From the NCBI RefSeq assembly GCF_009914755.1, contig NC_060933.1: a DNA stretch of 64,000 nt. The stretch is one strand, 5' to 3'. Positions 41,193-58,054 of the stretch are shown here, piece after piece (the first letter of the stretch is position 1; each line of letters starts with the position of its first letter). This DNA comes from the human T2T-CHM13v2.0 reference genome, Homo sapiens. The notes beneath the pieces are model-generated. The model was given only the letters and a program-made list of their open reading frames with translations. It was not told where the DNA came from and ran no database searches. The position numbers were made by a program, and so were the translations under genes.

Positions 41193-43079
41193 TGACATTG
41201 CGCCACTGTACTCCAGCATGGGCAACAGAGCAACACTCCATCTCAAAAAACAAAACAAAACAAAACAAATAAATAAATAAAGGAGACAATACCACTATAG
41301 ATCTCAGAAACATTAAAAGGACAGGAAAGAAATACATTGAAGTTTTATGCCAGTAAATTAACAACTTAGATGAAATGGACAAATTCCTTGACATACACAA
41401 ACAGCAAAAGAAACTGAAGCACAGTGGCCCACACCTGTAATCCAGCTACTCAGAACGCTGGAACAGGAGAACTGCTTGCGCCCAGGAGTTCATGACCACC
41501 CTGGGCACTGTAGCAAAACTCCAGCTCAAAAAAAAAAAAAAAAAAAAAAAACAGTCTGAATAGCCCTCTACCAATTGAAGGAATTGAATTTACAATTACA
41601 AAACTCCTTGCAAAGAAAACTTCTGGCCCAGACAGCTGTACTGGTGAATGCTACTAAATATTTAAGGTAGGAAGGAGAACAATCCAACACAAACTCTTTC
41701 TAAAAAATAAAGTGAGACTGGTGGTGATTCAAAAAAAAAAAAAAAGTGAAAATTATATTGCATGGTAGCACATCAAGAACTAATGTCTAAAACCAGGATG
41801 GAAAATCAACAAGTAGCAATATACAGAGGGAAAAGTCTGACAAAGGTTCAATTTAACTGCGTCTGGGGTGTAAATAAGTAAAATTATCTAGCATGTAGTT
41901 GAGAATACATAGTATCAAGTTGACAGGGGATGCAGTGGCTCACACCCGTAGTCCCAGCACTATGGGAGGCCAAGGAGGACGTATCATTTGAGGTCAGGAG
42001 ATCGAGACCAGCCTAGCCAACATAGTGAAACCCCACCTATACTAAAACTACAAAAATTAGCTAGGTGGGGTGACACACACCTGTAGTTCTAGCTAGTCGG
42101 GAGGCTGAGGAAAGAGAATCATTTGAACCTGGGAGGAAGAGGTAGCAGTGAGCCAAGATCGCACCACTGCACTGGGCGATAGAGCCAGACTCTGTCTCAA
42201 AAAAAAAAAAAAAAAAAAAAATTAAGCTGGGCACAATGGCTCATGCCTGTAATCCTGGCACGTTGGGCAGCTGTGGTGGGTTGATCACCTGAGGTCAGGA
42301 GTTCAAGACCAGCCTGGCAAACATGATGAAACCCCGTCTCTATTTAAAAAATACAAAAAAAAAAAAAAAAATTAGCCAGGTGTGGTGGTGGGCGGCTGTA
42401 ATCCCAGCTAGTCAGGAGGCTGAGGCAGGAGAATCACGTGAACCCAGGAGGCAGAGGTTGCAGTGAGCCGGGACCGTGGCACTCCAGCCTGGGCAACAAC
42501 AGCAAACCTCCCTCTCAAAAAATAGATACATATATTTACACACACTACATTACACACAACTACATTGTGTATAGTTGTTTTGGGGGGTTTCTTTTGTTTT
42601 TTTGTTTTTGTTTTGAGACAGTGTCTGGCTCTGTCACCCAGGCAGGTGTGCAGTGGTGTGATCTCGGCTCATTGCAACCTCCGCTTCCTGGTTCAAGCCA
42701 TCCTCCCACCTCAGCTTCCCGAGTAGCTGGGACTACAGGTCTGTACCATCACACCTAATTATTATTATTATTTGTAGAGGCAGGGTCTCATCATGTTGTC
42801 CAGTCTGGTTGTGAACTCCTGGGCTCAAGTGATCCACCTGCCTCAGTCTCCCAAATTGCCAGGACCACAGGCTCGCACCACCACGCCCAGCCACTTTTTG
42901 TATTTTTTGTAGAGACAGAGTTTTTTGTCATGTTGCTTAGGCTGGTCTCAAACTCCTGACCTCAAGCAATCCACCTGCCTCCACCTCTCAAAGTGCTGGG
43001 GTTCCAGACATAAGCCACCATGCCCAGCCCAACATGATTGTTTAGATTATGTAAGAAATGTTACACGATAAGCTTCTCA

Positions 43080-43456
<377 letters not shown>

Positions 43457-43778
43457 TCAGTGCCCATCTGTCAGGATATAGACTCTAACTTATTTCTGTC
43501 AAAGCATCTCTGAGAAGGTAATTTTAATCTGTGGATATTCCAGGCTGTGGAAGGGGAAGAGAAAAAGGAAGGGAGGATGATCCATCCAAGACGGACAAGG
43601 GACACAAATATTTTTCTAAATGTTTAGTTGAAGGGAATGATGAAAAGACAAAACATGGAAAGCTCCCCATTTTACTCAGTTTATATGTTCCAAGATTCTA
43701 TTCCTGTTTGTGATTTTATGTCTCATTAGAGGTAGAGTGGCATAATCTCAGAAAACATAGCTTAATAACATTATTTGA

Positions 43779-43976
<198 letters not shown>

Positions 43977-44318
43977 TAGTAGAGACAGGGTTTCACCATG
44001 TTGCCCAGGCTGGTCTCGAACTCCTGATCTCAGGTGATCTGCCTGCCTCAGCCTCCAAAAGTGCTGGGATTACAGGAGTGAGCCACTGCGCCCAGATTCC
44101 TATGTGTTTTTAATGCTCTCAGCCATTTGTGTGCTTTATAAGACAAGATTCCTTGAGACTAGCCTGGGTAACATGATGAAACCCCATCTCTACAAAAAAA
44201 TTAGCCAGGTATGGTGGCATGTGTCTGCAGTCCCCACTACTCGGGAGGCTGAGGTTGCAGGCAGTTGTGATCACACCACTGCACTTCAGTGGGTGACAGA
44301 GCCAGACCCTGTATCAAA

Positions 44319-44697
44319 ATGAAGAAGAGAAGGAGAGGGAGGGAGAAGGGGGGGAGGGGGAGGGGGAGGAGGAAGGGGAGGAGGAAGGGGAGGAGGAAGG
44401 GGAGGAGGAAGGGGAGGAGGAAGGGGGGGAGGAGGGGGAGGGGGAGGAGGGGGAGGGGGAGGAGGAGGAGGAGGGGAGGAGGAGGAGGATGGGGAGGAGA
44501 AGAAGAGGAGAAGGAAGAAGAAGAAAGAGGGAAGGAAGGAAGAAGAAGAAAAAATAAGGTAGGAGGGAGGAGGGTGAGGAGGAGGGGAAAGAGGAGGGGG
44601 AGGGAGAGGAGGGAGAGGGAAGAGAGGGAGAGGGAGAGGGGAAAGAAGAAGAAAAGAAAAAGAAGAAAAAAAGGAGGAGGAGGAAGAAGGCCACGAC
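44319..44697 (+). repeat. ~380-bp polypurine low-complexity tract, including (GGAAGGGGAGGA)n
   Basis: Almost exclusively G/A on +. Confidence 0.95.
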
Positions 44698-45095
44698 GAC
44701 AAGATTCCTTAATTCAAATGCAGTTAAGACATCGGATGCATGCAGGCAGATTTAATATGGGAACCACCACAGTGTCGTTTCTTTGGCTCTAGAAAGGCTT
44801 CTTCCTAAACTGGAAGCATATCTATACTTTTCTCAGCTGCCTACACCAAGTAAGATGCTGCAAATGTGTGTGTGAGGGTGTATACACCCTAGGAGGGGTT
44901 CTTGTGGGGCAAGGGCTTGGATTTACTCATAGGATTATCAAGTTCCAGCACTGTTAATAAAAATTGTTGGCTTAAAAATTTACTCAGAAACCTTGGACAT
45001 ACAGAGTTGTTGAGCTGAAATCCTAAGCTATCATGTCATATTTACAAAATAATGTCAAGTGATAAAAGGAACAAAGAGCCCAGTGTAGTGGCTCA

Positions 45096-45404
<309 letters not shown>

Positions 45405-46230
45405 TCACATATTAATTTTTAGCATTTCTTATCAATAAAGTATCTTTAATTAAGATATCCACATTGTAACTTTTATATGCACTAGGAAACCAAAAAATTA
45501 GCGCAACTTTCTTTATTGCAGTGGTATAAAACAACCTGCAGTATCTCCAAGGTATGCCTGTAGTGTCATCCATATTATTTTAATTTCCTGGGACAGAATG
45601 ATGTTCAAGTATTACTAGTGTGACATGAAATGTGTATACTTGTTCTTTTTTAAGTTTCTTTCTAAGATTCTCAGGAGATATTGGTACATCTCAACTTAAC
45701 AGAAAGCAATACAACTGGCAATGACCATCAGATATGCAGTTAGCAAGAATCTAGAAGGGTAAAACTTTAAAACTATATCAAAAATAGATCTGGTTCCTTT
45801 ATCTATAGTCCAGTATTATTAACAAAAACTAGGTAGAAAATACATAATTTTAACACAAAAATACCTAACAGTGATGAAGAAGCAAATACATTCAAAGCAA
45901 ATGGGGCAATCAGAGAGAAAGCAGTACATGAAATATTCAGAGATATTTCAGACAATGTAGAAGTACCCAGTACTACAGCCAAAGTGCTCATACTACACGC
46001 ATGCTTGGTTTTCTCCACAAAGTGTATGAACCTGCAGATCTATCCACACACTCAAGAGCATGGGTGCTAGAGATGCCCACTATAAACAAACTCAATGAAC
46101 TATAAGGATTCTACTCAAAAGGTTAGTCAATTTGTAAAATAAAATCATATCCAAGAAGCATAATTTAACCAAACATTAATTTCCAAATAAGACGGACATC
46201 TTCTGAGAAAAAAACTAAAATACCACTTAC

Positions 46231-46444
46231 CATGATGGTTCCTGGAGCTGACTCTGATGAACTCACAGGGCTTTGGTATGGGATCCTGTTATGCACAGAA
46301 CTCTGGTCATAAGAGGAAGACATTGCTACTGGACTAGCAGAATTCAGTGATGAGCTTGTCAGACTGCAGGAGGTAATGACGGAAGTTGTATATGTGGAGT
46401 TCTGTACTGCACTGGTCATTGATAAAGATGTATTCAAAGGCTCA
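46231..46444 (-). CDS. UBAP2: UBAP2 exon 16
   Basis: tttcag|T...ATG|gtaagt, 214 nt; EPLNTSLSMTSAVQNSTYTTSV...VHNRIPYQSPVSSSESAPGTIM. Confidence 0.95.
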
Positions 46445-46613
46445 CTGAAAAGAGTCAAAAATATTCAACATAATTTTGTTACTTTAAATAGCTTCATAAA
46501 AAAAAAAAAACATAAACAGCTTCACGAGATGCAACTACTGCATCAATTTATTATCCCAAATGAGACCCACCTAATTTAACTGAGAGATAGGGGGACATCT
46601 TTAAGAATACTTA

Positions 46614-46889
<276 letters not shown>

Positions 46890-47029
46890 CTAGAAAAAAA
46901 GAAAAAAAATAAGAAGATTCTTTAAGGAATCCAGGTGTTTGAGACCATCTTTAAAAAGGAAACTTAAACAAATATCAGGTTTTGCCTCTGGAATGTGAAA
47001 AAACTAAAACAACAACAACAACAAAGTCA

Positions 47030-47155
<126 letters not shown>

Positions 47156-48002
47156 TTAAAAATTAGCTGGGCATGGTGGTGCACGCCTGTAATCCCAGAT
47201 ACTCAGGAGTCTGAGGCAGGAGGATCATTTGAGCCTGGGAGGCAGAGGTTGCAGCGAGCCAAGCATGCTGCTGCACTCCAGCCTGGACAACAGAGCAAGA
47301 CCCTATCTCAAAAAAAAAAAAAAAGAAAAGAAAAGAAAACTAAAATCTGAGATTTTGTATTTATAAAATATTCCACTGAAGGAAAATGACTGCTGCAAAC
47401 ATGTGGAGAAATTAGATCCCTCATAGACTACTGGTAGGAATGTCAAATGCTACAGCCACAGTGGAAACAGTATGGGAGTTTCCTGAATGGTTAAGTTACC
47501 ATATGACTCAGCAACTCTACTCCTGGGATATACATCCCAAAGAACTGAAAGCATGCAAAACTTGAAACCAAATGTCCATAGCAGCATCATTCACTATAGT
47601 CAAAAAGAGCAAACAACCCAAATGTCCACCAACTAATGAATGAATAAAATGTGGTATTATCAACACAATGAAATATTTGGCAATAAAAATGATACATTAA
47701 ACATGGGTGTACCTCGAAAACTTACACTAAGTGAAAGATCAGACATAAAAGGCCACATATTCCAAGATTCCAGTTATATGAAATGTCCAGGTAGGCAAAT
47801 CCAGAGACAGATTATTGGTTGCTAAGGGGCAGGGCAATGAAGAAACTGAGACTGTCTGCTACAGGTATGGGGTTTCTTATGGAGATGATGGAAGGTCTGG
47901 ATAAACACTGAGGATAGCTATTACCACAGGATGTATTCTTTTCCACCAGTTGATCTCTCTTAGGGTCTATTTTGCTTCATAACAAAGGACTAAATTCAGT
48001 AC

Positions 48003-48172
48003 CTTAAAGACTTCGAATACAAGCTGATGGGAATCTGATTACTATTTTCACTGCTTGGAGCTGATCCAAATTCAGAGAGAGAAGGTTCTGACCCAAATTC
48101 CAGAGCCCCAAACTGCACATTTAATCCTGTGACATCTGCTGAACCAGGCATTTCCACTGCAGAAGCTGGGAT
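48003..48172 (-). CDS. UBAP2: UBAP2 exon 15 (conserved UBAP2/Lingerer segment with FG motifs)
   Basis: tttcag|ATC...TAAG|gtactg, 170 nt; IPASAVEMPGSADVTGLNVQFGALEFGSEPSLSEFG... The matching FG segment of paralogue UBAP2L binds the G3BP NTF2-like domain. Confidence 0.96.
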
Positions 48173-48351
48173 CTGAAAAAGCAAAGCTGTCGTGTCAGGA
48201 ACAGAGGTCACAGATTCCAGGTCACAAAGGCCTATAACAGAGCCAAACAAGCATTTAGGTTCCCAGGCAATACTGGCAAGAAGAAGGAGTGAGAAACAAG
48301 GAGAAAATAGGCTAAGACTTTTCTAAAAAGAGAAAGAAAAAAAACAAGCTA

Positions 48352-48606
<255 letters not shown>

Positions 48607-48947
48607 CTACTCTATTTTTGGGGACTCACCAATGATGAAAGTATCACCTGGTCAAGGAACCATGCATCCTCCAACTATGGGATACAGCAAAACCCTCAAG
48701 AACAACAGTTCTCTGAGCCAGATCTTCAAATCTGTACTTGAAATAAGGATCTGTGGCTCTCAGCACAAACCCATTCCCTCTAATACTAGTCTGGTCACTC
48801 AGAAATGGCCATATCCTTATTATGCAATCAATAAGCTATGTGCTTGAAAAACACTGTACCCCAGTTTCCAAAACTTAGTATCCCACTAGAGCTGAATGTA
48901 AAAATAATTCCAGCTTTAGGACGGTGACTTCATGATGAAATGCCCAC

Positions 48948-49222
48948 CTTAGAAGCTGGGGGTATCCGCCGCTTAGCAAGTTTGATGTGTTTGGGCTGTG
49001 GCTGGTGGACAGACACAGAGATATTTTCAATGGTCGTGCTGGGAAGCTGCAAAAGCTTGTTCACAGTGGAGGGACTGTCTCCAGGTGTTGATTCTCGAAG
49101 TTTTGCCTGGGAAGGAAAGGACTCCAAACCAGGAGGAGGAACAGTGACTGCCTGGCTCTGGTGCTGTTGTCGCTGGCTCAACTGGCTAAGAACTGGGGAT
49201 GGCTCAGGTTGAGATTTGAAGT
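48948..49222 (-). CDS. UBAP2: UBAP2 exon 14
   Basis: ttttag|AC...AAG|gtgggc, 275 nt; FKSQPEPSPVLSQLSQRQQ...KHIKLAKRRIPPASK. Confidence 0.95.
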
Positions 49223-49580
49223 CTAAAAAAAGTAAGCAGCAATTAATGAGGCATAATGGCTTCACAATGTTCTTCAATAGAACATGAAGTGTTCTATTAC
49301 CACCAATTTCTCCAAATCATTTCCAGTTGAATTTCTTAGGTTTTACACACACTATGTGTAACACTTCATTTATGATAAACGGGAAAAGTTCCTAAATGGG
49401 TACACACCTTGTTTCCTATCCAGAGAGATTTGGTTTATGTTTAAGCATAGGGAGTGATGAACTCGTGAGAACAATATTATGGTGCTATACACACCTGACC
49501 ATTAGCTAACAGAGAATCATACTTTTATTATTTTATGGATTTTCTACATAACTGTTAAAAATTTGAGCCAGGCACAGTCA

Positions 49581-49754
<174 letters not shown>

Positions 49755-51454
49755 CTAATTGATATATATATATATATGATGTTACAAAATCCAAAAGATG
49801 GCTGGGCGCAGTGGCTCACGCCTGTAATCCCAACACTTTGGGAGGCCGAGGCAGGCAGATCACGAAGTCAGGAGATCAAGACCATCCTGGCTAACATGGT
49901 GAAACCCCATCTCTACTAAAAATACAAAAAAATTAGCCGGGTGTGGTGGTGGGCACCTGTAGTCCCAGCTACTCGGGAGGCTGAGGCAGGCCCTATGACG
50001 TGAACCCGGGAGGCGGAGCTTGCAGTGAGCTGAGATGGCGCCACTGCACTCCAGCCTGGGTGACAGACTGGGTGACAAACAAACAAACAAAAAACAAAAT
50101 CCAATAGATACAAGAATATGTATGACGAATATTATGTTTCTCTTCCACACCACTCTCCCATACTTGCTCCACAAAGGCAAACACTGTACCCGGTTTTCCT
50201 GAATGTCTCTTTCAGAGATACTATATCACAATATATATAGACAGACAGACAGACAGACATATATATACACACACTATATACCTTACTGTCTCACAAATCA
50301 TTTAATTTCCATTGAGTGTCTCACATTAATGTTCAAAGAGCTACTTCATACTCATTTTGGTGACTACACAGAAATCTAGTACACATAGGTATCATTTTAT
50401 AAAACCAGTACTATATTAATGGACTTTTAGGTCAAATCTTATGCTATTAAAAGCAATGCACTAATGAATACATTTGTATGTAAGATATTTTGTGCAAGTA
50501 CAAGTATACCTGTAGGATCAACTGGTAGGATAAAGTTGCCCCTTCACAGGGTAAATATATTTTGAATTTTGATAAATATTATAAAATTACTGTCCACAGA
50601 TAGAACACATCCTTTTTAACACACTCTAATATCAAACACTTTTGAATCTCCTGGTTTAATTGGTGGAAAATGGTATTAAAAAATACAAACTAAAATGATA
50701 CAAATGTGCTAAGTATCATTTCATATACTTAAGTGTTCTTTACTTATAGACTGTTCTTATCTCTTTAGCCAGTTTTTTAACCTGTTTGTTGATCTGCTTT
50801 ATTTTTACTCTTTTTATATTAAGGAAATTAACTCTTTTTGTCTATGATACAAATTTTGAGTATTTTTTTCATTGTTTGTCTGCCTAATTTGGTGTTTTCT
50901 GCCATACCCAGAAAGGTCTCCCTCACACAGAACAACAAAAAAATTCTCCTGTGTTTTCTCTATTATAGTTCTAGATTCACTATTTATGTTTAACTATCTG
51001 ACCCACTGGCATTTTGGCATAGAGATCCAACTTCATTTTTCAAACGGTTTTAATAAAGCGTTTTTTCACTACTGATTTGAAAAGCCAGTTCTACCATATG
51101 GGACAGAGGTTGGCCCTCTTTTTCTCTATGGGGCCAGATAGTACAACAACCTAATATTTTAGCCTTTGTGTCTCATCACGTTGCCCAGGCTGGTCTCGAA
51201 CTCCTGCTCAAGCAATCCTCCTCCTTCTGCCTCCCCAAGTGCTGGGATTACATGAGCCACTGTGCCCAGCTAGCTGAGTGTCAACAGAATTTAATTTAAA
51301 AAAAAACAAATGGCAGAGCTGGTTTAGGCGCATTCATTTTTGAACTTGGTATTATAGGCATGCACCAAACACACAGGTTTTATAAAGAATATGGGAATAG
51401 CATGGTTCTATCTAAAAAGTCCTATCACTCACTAGTTATGTGTGCAGAAAAAGT

Positions 51455-51800
51455 TAATATAGGGACCTACAATTCCTCTCAAAAAGGCCTGCTTGATGAC
51501 TGGACCTTGGCTAATGTCTGAGAATTTGGACTGCTGGTATGTACTTGGCAAAGGGTGCCAACACACTAACCTATTAAGAGTGGCTCACTGTGCTAAGAAT
51601 GTCTGTATAAACAATGTGGTTTATGCTCAACATCTGCTTTCCTTCTAGGAATCTGTAATTTTGCTATGTGCTATAGCAAAAAATGTAGGCACAGGGTACC
51701 TACATTTCTTGCCCCAGCAAAAACTTTGGGCACTGAGTCTCTAATGATTTCCCTTGGTAGACATCGCTTCAAACCCCGGAGTGGTCTCATGTACTTCCAA
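51455..51800. mobile_element. LTR fragment (MER21-like)
   Basis: Resembles recalled MER21 LTR sequence (tgtataaacaatgtggtttatgct; aaaactttgggcactgagtctctaatga). Confidence 0.45.
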
Positions 51801-52956
51801 CACAGTAAGTCATTTCACAGAACAGAGGAATATGCTTCCCTGTCTCTCTATATGCCCTAACCATAAACCAGCCCACATGGCCAGCTCCACAATGAATGAA
51901 ATCCCCTGCTATTCCTTAATACAGTGTGGCATGTGAGTGCTGGTGGGGAATGGTGGCTTAATGTCACAATTTCTGTGGGAGTTTAGTTTAGAAAACATCC
52001 AGTCTACACATGGGACCTTTACAATACAAACCACGGAATGTAAAGGTTGATGAAATCATAGTTGATACTTCAAAATGTTAGAATGAGAAAGCATGAGAGT
52101 GTGATAGTTAAAATACTGTCCAGGCCGGGCGTGGTGGCTCACACCTGTGATCTCAGCACTTTTGGAGGCCGAGGTGGGCAGATCACCTTAGTCCAGGAGT
52201 TCCAGACCAGCCTGGGCAACATGGCAAACCCCTGTCACATTAAAAAAATACAAAAAAATCAGCCAGGAGTGACGGCATGTGCCTATAGTCCCACCTACTA
52301 GAGAGGCTGAGGTGGGAGGATGGACTGAGCCTGGGAGGTCAAGATGGCAGTGACGCGTTACTGTGCCACTGTACTCCAGCCTGTGCAACAGAGCAAGATC
52401 CTGACTCAAAAAAAAAAAAAATAAAATAATAGAGTAAAATATTGTCTAGGCTGGATACAGTGGTGCACATCTATAATCCCAGTTACTCAGAAGGCTGAGA
52501 TTAAAAGACTGCTTGAGGCCAGGAGGTGGAGATCAGCCTACGCAGCACAGGAAGACCCCATCTCAAAAAAAAAAAAAAAAAAAAAAGTCTTAAAATGTTT
52601 TCCACATTCTATGTTCTATCACCACCCTCTTCTAAGAGAGCTCAGAAAATTCTGTCCATGCATTTACACAAAGTGTTAGATGTTCATATTTGCATGCTTT
52701 TACCATACTTTTCAAGGCATGTACTACCACCACAATTACTACCAACAATAATGAAACTATCAAGAACAACAACAAAAACAAATAAATGCAAGTATTGTAT
52801 AACAAAGGAAGACTGATTTAACTGAGAAACTGCAAGAGTTCTACTAAAAAGAAACATCTCTGGACAAATTCCACATTAGTCTTCACAAGTCAACACACTC
52901 TGCCAAAGCTTGAAACGTCCTCAGTAGGGGCAAACCCACAAACAATGTATACCTAC

Positions 52957-53170
52957 CAAGATGACTGAGGACTGAGGACTGGGATGTTGGGGGCTTGAGG
53001 TCCCAAGAAGTAGTAGTTGTAGGGTGACTTGTACTATTCTGCTGTGTACTTGGGGTGGTGGTAAACTGGCCCAAACTCGGAGCTTTCAACTGGTCCAAAA
53101 TCTGGGAGCTGGTGATGTTTGCCATTTTTGGTGGTGCAAGCTCTCCAAATCCTGAGCCAAGGACGGATGA
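52957..53170 (-). CDS. UBAP2: UBAP2 exon 13
   Basis: ttaaag|TCA...CTTG|gtaggt, 214 nt; SSVLGSGFGELAPPKMANITSSQILDQLKAPSLGQF...VLSHL. Confidence 0.95.
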
Positions 53171-54066
53171 CTTTAAAAGGGGGATAAAAGAACAAATCCT
53201 CAACAATACAGAATTTCTGCCCAAGGCTTTAAAACATATCAAGTATTTTCACAAGTATGTTAAAACCTATAATCTAAAACATATGAATTACTAAAATATA
53301 ACTTAGAAAATACTACATGAAAATATTACTATGCAATGAAAACTGACTAAATAAATGCAGCTATCCTTCCTCATTCTGACATAAGAAGTTAAAGGGAAGG
53401 GAAATATTTGCCATGAATTTGAAGAAATCAATTTTTAAAAACGTGATGTTGGCCGGGCGCGGTGGCTCACGCCTGTAATCCCAACACTTTGGGAGGCCAA
53501 GGTAGGTGGATTACAAGGTCAGGCGGATCACGAGGTCAGCAGATTGAGACCATTCTGGCTACCACAGTGAAACCCCGGCTCTACTAAAAATACAAAAAAA
53601 TTAGCCGGGAGTTTTGGCAGGCGCTTGTAGTCCCAGCTACTCGGGAGACTGAGGCAGGAGAATGGCATGAACCCAGGAGGCGGAGCTTGTAGTGAGCAGA
53701 GATCACGCCACTGCACTACAGCCTGGGCGACAGAGCAAGACTCCATCTCAAAAAATAAATAAATAAATAAATAAAAATAAAATAAAATAATAAAAAGTGA
53801 TGTCATAAGTTCACAATTAAATATCACTATTTAAAAAAACTAAAGAGGAATGCCATGAAATACATGACAAAGATATGCTTGACCAACAAAAACACATTAT
53901 TTTCCTAGTCTGTGAACCACAGTCTTCATCTTTAATGATTACAAGATGTACAGTCAAAGAAGAGATCAGTGTGAGATGACCCTGCAAGATCAAATACAGG
54001 TCAGGCTGGGCGCAGTGGCTCACACCTGTAACCCCAGCACTTTGGGAAGCCGAGGTGGGTGGATCA

Positions 54067-54285
<219 letters not shown>

Positions 54286-54639
54286 TCATGTGTGTGTGCG
54301 CGCATGCACGCGCACACACGCACAAGATCAAATACAGGTCAAAGAACTGAACTTCAGTGGTTACTATTCCAAAATGAGACACTGCGATACATAGGTATTT
54401 GAAGTTGAGCAAATACCATAGACACTGCTATTTTCATTTCAAGTTGTTTAGATGACTAAGAACACCAAATACGTTCCATAAATAAGTACAGGAAAAACAA
54501 TGTTACTCCTGCCCCATCTGTCCTGTCAGGTCGAGATCCAAAGAGAATGAAAGCCTATGACTAGAAAAGACAATGGAAGATCAACTACATTTTTACATAT
54601 CAAGATCATTCTGAAATATAAGTTCTTCATCAAAAATAA

Positions 54640-54859
<220 letters not shown>

Positions 54860-55911
54860 TAGCCAGGATGGTTTCCATCTCCTGACCTTGTGATCCACCT
54901 GCCTCAGCCTCCCAAAGTGCTGGGATTACAGGCATGAGCCACCGTGCCTGGCCCAAAAATAACATTTCATATCCATTTAAGGTCAAAAACAAATACTTTG
55001 CCTTCCCTCAAGTAAGTTGAAACAATTACTTCTATTATCAACATTCAAAGACAAGGAATGTCCCACTTGGATGGAAATCCTAACTTCGCTTTGAGTAAAA
55101 CATTAGGTTATGGACAGCTGTGACAGAGATTGCTCATACTGAAACAGTTGTGCTAACATTACTTATCACTGCTCCAGATTCTTTTTTCAGGTTGCCCAAT
55201 ACACTGGTCTGAGGTTGCTACCAATTTGCAAAAATCCAGCTCAAGCCCACTGATTTAATGAAGGCTTCCCAGGTGATGACTCTCTTCATCCTGTTATCCT
55301 ACATAATCCCTAACATGCATCAGCTAGTTTTATCAAATGCACTATGTGCTTTACAACACAGCGAAATCACTGAATCAATGACTACTGCCATGTCCTAGGT
55401 AATACACAGCATAGGCCTCTTAAGTCCACCTACACATTTAAATCAATGGAGAGACTTTTAAAATGTATACAATACACACATGTGCATACATGCACATACA
55501 CACAAACACACACAGTGCCCAAATCCCAATCCCAAAGATGAGGACATGTTTTGTTTTAGAGACTTGGGAAATATCATCATCACTTCTGTTGCTGCTGTTA
55601 TTTACTAGGTTCATTATTAATTATTATTTGGAGACAAGGTATTGCTGTCAACCCAGGCTGGAGGGCCACAGAACAACCTCCTGGGCTCAAGTGATCCTCC
55701 CATGCCAGCCTCTCAAGTAGCTGGGATTACAGTAGCTATGATTACAGGGCATGTGCCATGACAACCAGCTTATTTTATTTTAGCAAGATGAGGCCTCGCT
55801 ATGTTGCCAGACTGGTCTCAAATTCCTGGCATCTCATAATCTTCCAGCCTCAGCCTCCCAAAGTTCTGGGATTTACAGGGATGAGCCACCATGCCATGCC
55901 TGGCCTCCCCA

Positions 55912-56245
<334 letters not shown>

Positions 56246-57348
56246 TAGAGTAGGGTCGAGAACCACTGCTCTAATACAACGCCACACAAACAATTCTTAT
56301 TCTGCCTTCTCATGTTGGTCATTCTCATGCTGGTCACTACATAAAGCAACATATCTGAAGATTGCTGTAAAAACTCAAGTCCTTCTTATCAATTCAGTGG
56401 ACACACATAGATTTCAGCAAGGGCATTACATAATTATACCAGTAGCAGAGGGAAAGGCGGAGGAGGAAAAGACTCTGGTGCGTCAATTAAAAATCAGGGT
56501 TTTTATTAGGCCTTCTCAAAATAGAGAAGCCTTGGGCTGTTCTACTTCAAGCACTGACACCACCTCATATACCAATGATACTAAAAACACCAAGTCCCCA
56601 AGCCCAACACATGATATGGCTACACAGAGTAGAAAATACTAAGGAAAAGTTTAAATATTCAATTCTCAATTTTATCAGGGTAAAACAAACGATTTGACTC
56701 GGGAGAAAATTCTGTTTCTCAGCAATAAATTTCAGGAAAAACACAGCAACAAACTAAAATAATTATCCCTAGTAAGAGCTGTAGTTCTGCATCCATAGAC
56801 CTTTCTAACTTCCCCTTGCCAGCTCAGAACTTCCTGTAGTTGGGTAGGAACTTCAGTTCACCATTCTAAAGCAACATTCTTGTATAAGCTATGATCTAAG
56901 CTTATACTTCCATAAGCCTATCTTCACAGCCTTCACTAACAGTTTCTGAAGTTCCTTCTGGATGGGAGCTTAACACACATTGGAAGTCAGTCATACAGTA
57001 CTAAATGACACTGTTTCAATAAAAACACATCCAAACTATAAGGGCCTCTGTTAATCATTTGGCATTTTAAGAAAATGTAGCTTATTTTACGGTCTTAGGG
57101 GGAAAAAAAAGCAAAAAATGTAAGCGCCTAGGCAGACTCAGACTGTTTTTACATGATTTTATAGCAAGTCAATTCTGATAAACTTTCGCATTTAATTGGA
57201 AAACAAGAAATTGAATATACTAACTATAGAGACATAATATGAAACAAAACACAAGGAAAACATCATTCAGAAGAAAGGGGTACTTTCAATCTCAAGAGTG
57301 ATCATCAGTTCAAAGAATTTGACAAACCATAAAAAAATTTTTATCTTT

Positions 57349-57430
57349 GTCCAGGAAACTCAGGTAGTTAAATTCCACATGGAATCATCAGATATGTGCT
57401 TGGAAATTACCACATCATTGTTTTCTGGAC
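57349..57430 (-). ncRNA. SNORD121A: C/D box snoRNA SNORD121A
   Basis: On -: GTCCAGAAAAC-A-ATGATGT...TTTCCAAGCACATAT-CTGA...CTGA-GTTTCCTGGAC. ~11-bp terminal stem; same guide as the copy at 38.9 kb. Confidence 0.9.
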
Positions 57431-57864
57431 TAAGATCTACTGTAGAATTTTTTGATGTTTTGTTTTAGAGACAGGGTCTCGCTCTGTCACCCAGCCTGGA
57501 GTACAGAGGCATGATCATGGCTCACTGCAACCTCAAACTCCTGGGCACAAGTGACCCTCCAACCTCAGCCTCCCAAGTAACTGAGACTACAGGCACACAA
57601 CACCACACTCAGCTAATTTTTGTTAGTTTGCTTTTTTCGTAGAGACAGAGTTTTGCCCAGTCTGGTTTCAAACTCCTGGGTTCAAGTAATCCTCATGCCC
57701 CAGCTCCCAAAGTGCTGGGATTACAGGCATGAGCCATCATGCCCGGCCTTACTGTAGATATTTTTATATTTAGAAAGTAATTATAAAGCATGTATCATAT
57801 TCTAGAATACATTTGCTAATGGGTATATTTCTTAAAATCCCACACTGAAATAAAAGTGAGTTAC

Positions 57865-58054
57865 CAGGCTCTGAGGAGAACAGGAGTTGACGGCAGTGGA
57901 GCTGCCAGTCCCTGGTGCCATCTGATTGTTGTGTTGCGAATTTGTGAAGACAAGGGCTTGGCCAAAGCCCTGCTGTTGGGAAGTTTCAAAGGAGTTGGCT
58001 TCTGAGGCTTGACTGTGAGGAACAGGCTTCTGGAGCAAGGCTACCAGATCAATG
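57865..58054 (-). CDS. UBAP2: UBAP2 exon 12
   Basis: gcttag|C...CTG|gtaact, 190 nt; IDLVALLQKPVPHSQASEANSF...NSCSPQSL. Confidence 0.95.

Noticed and set aside
44286-44792. Poly-Pro, Ser and Arg/Gly-rich ORFs
   Set aside because: Artefacts of the stop-free polypurine tract.
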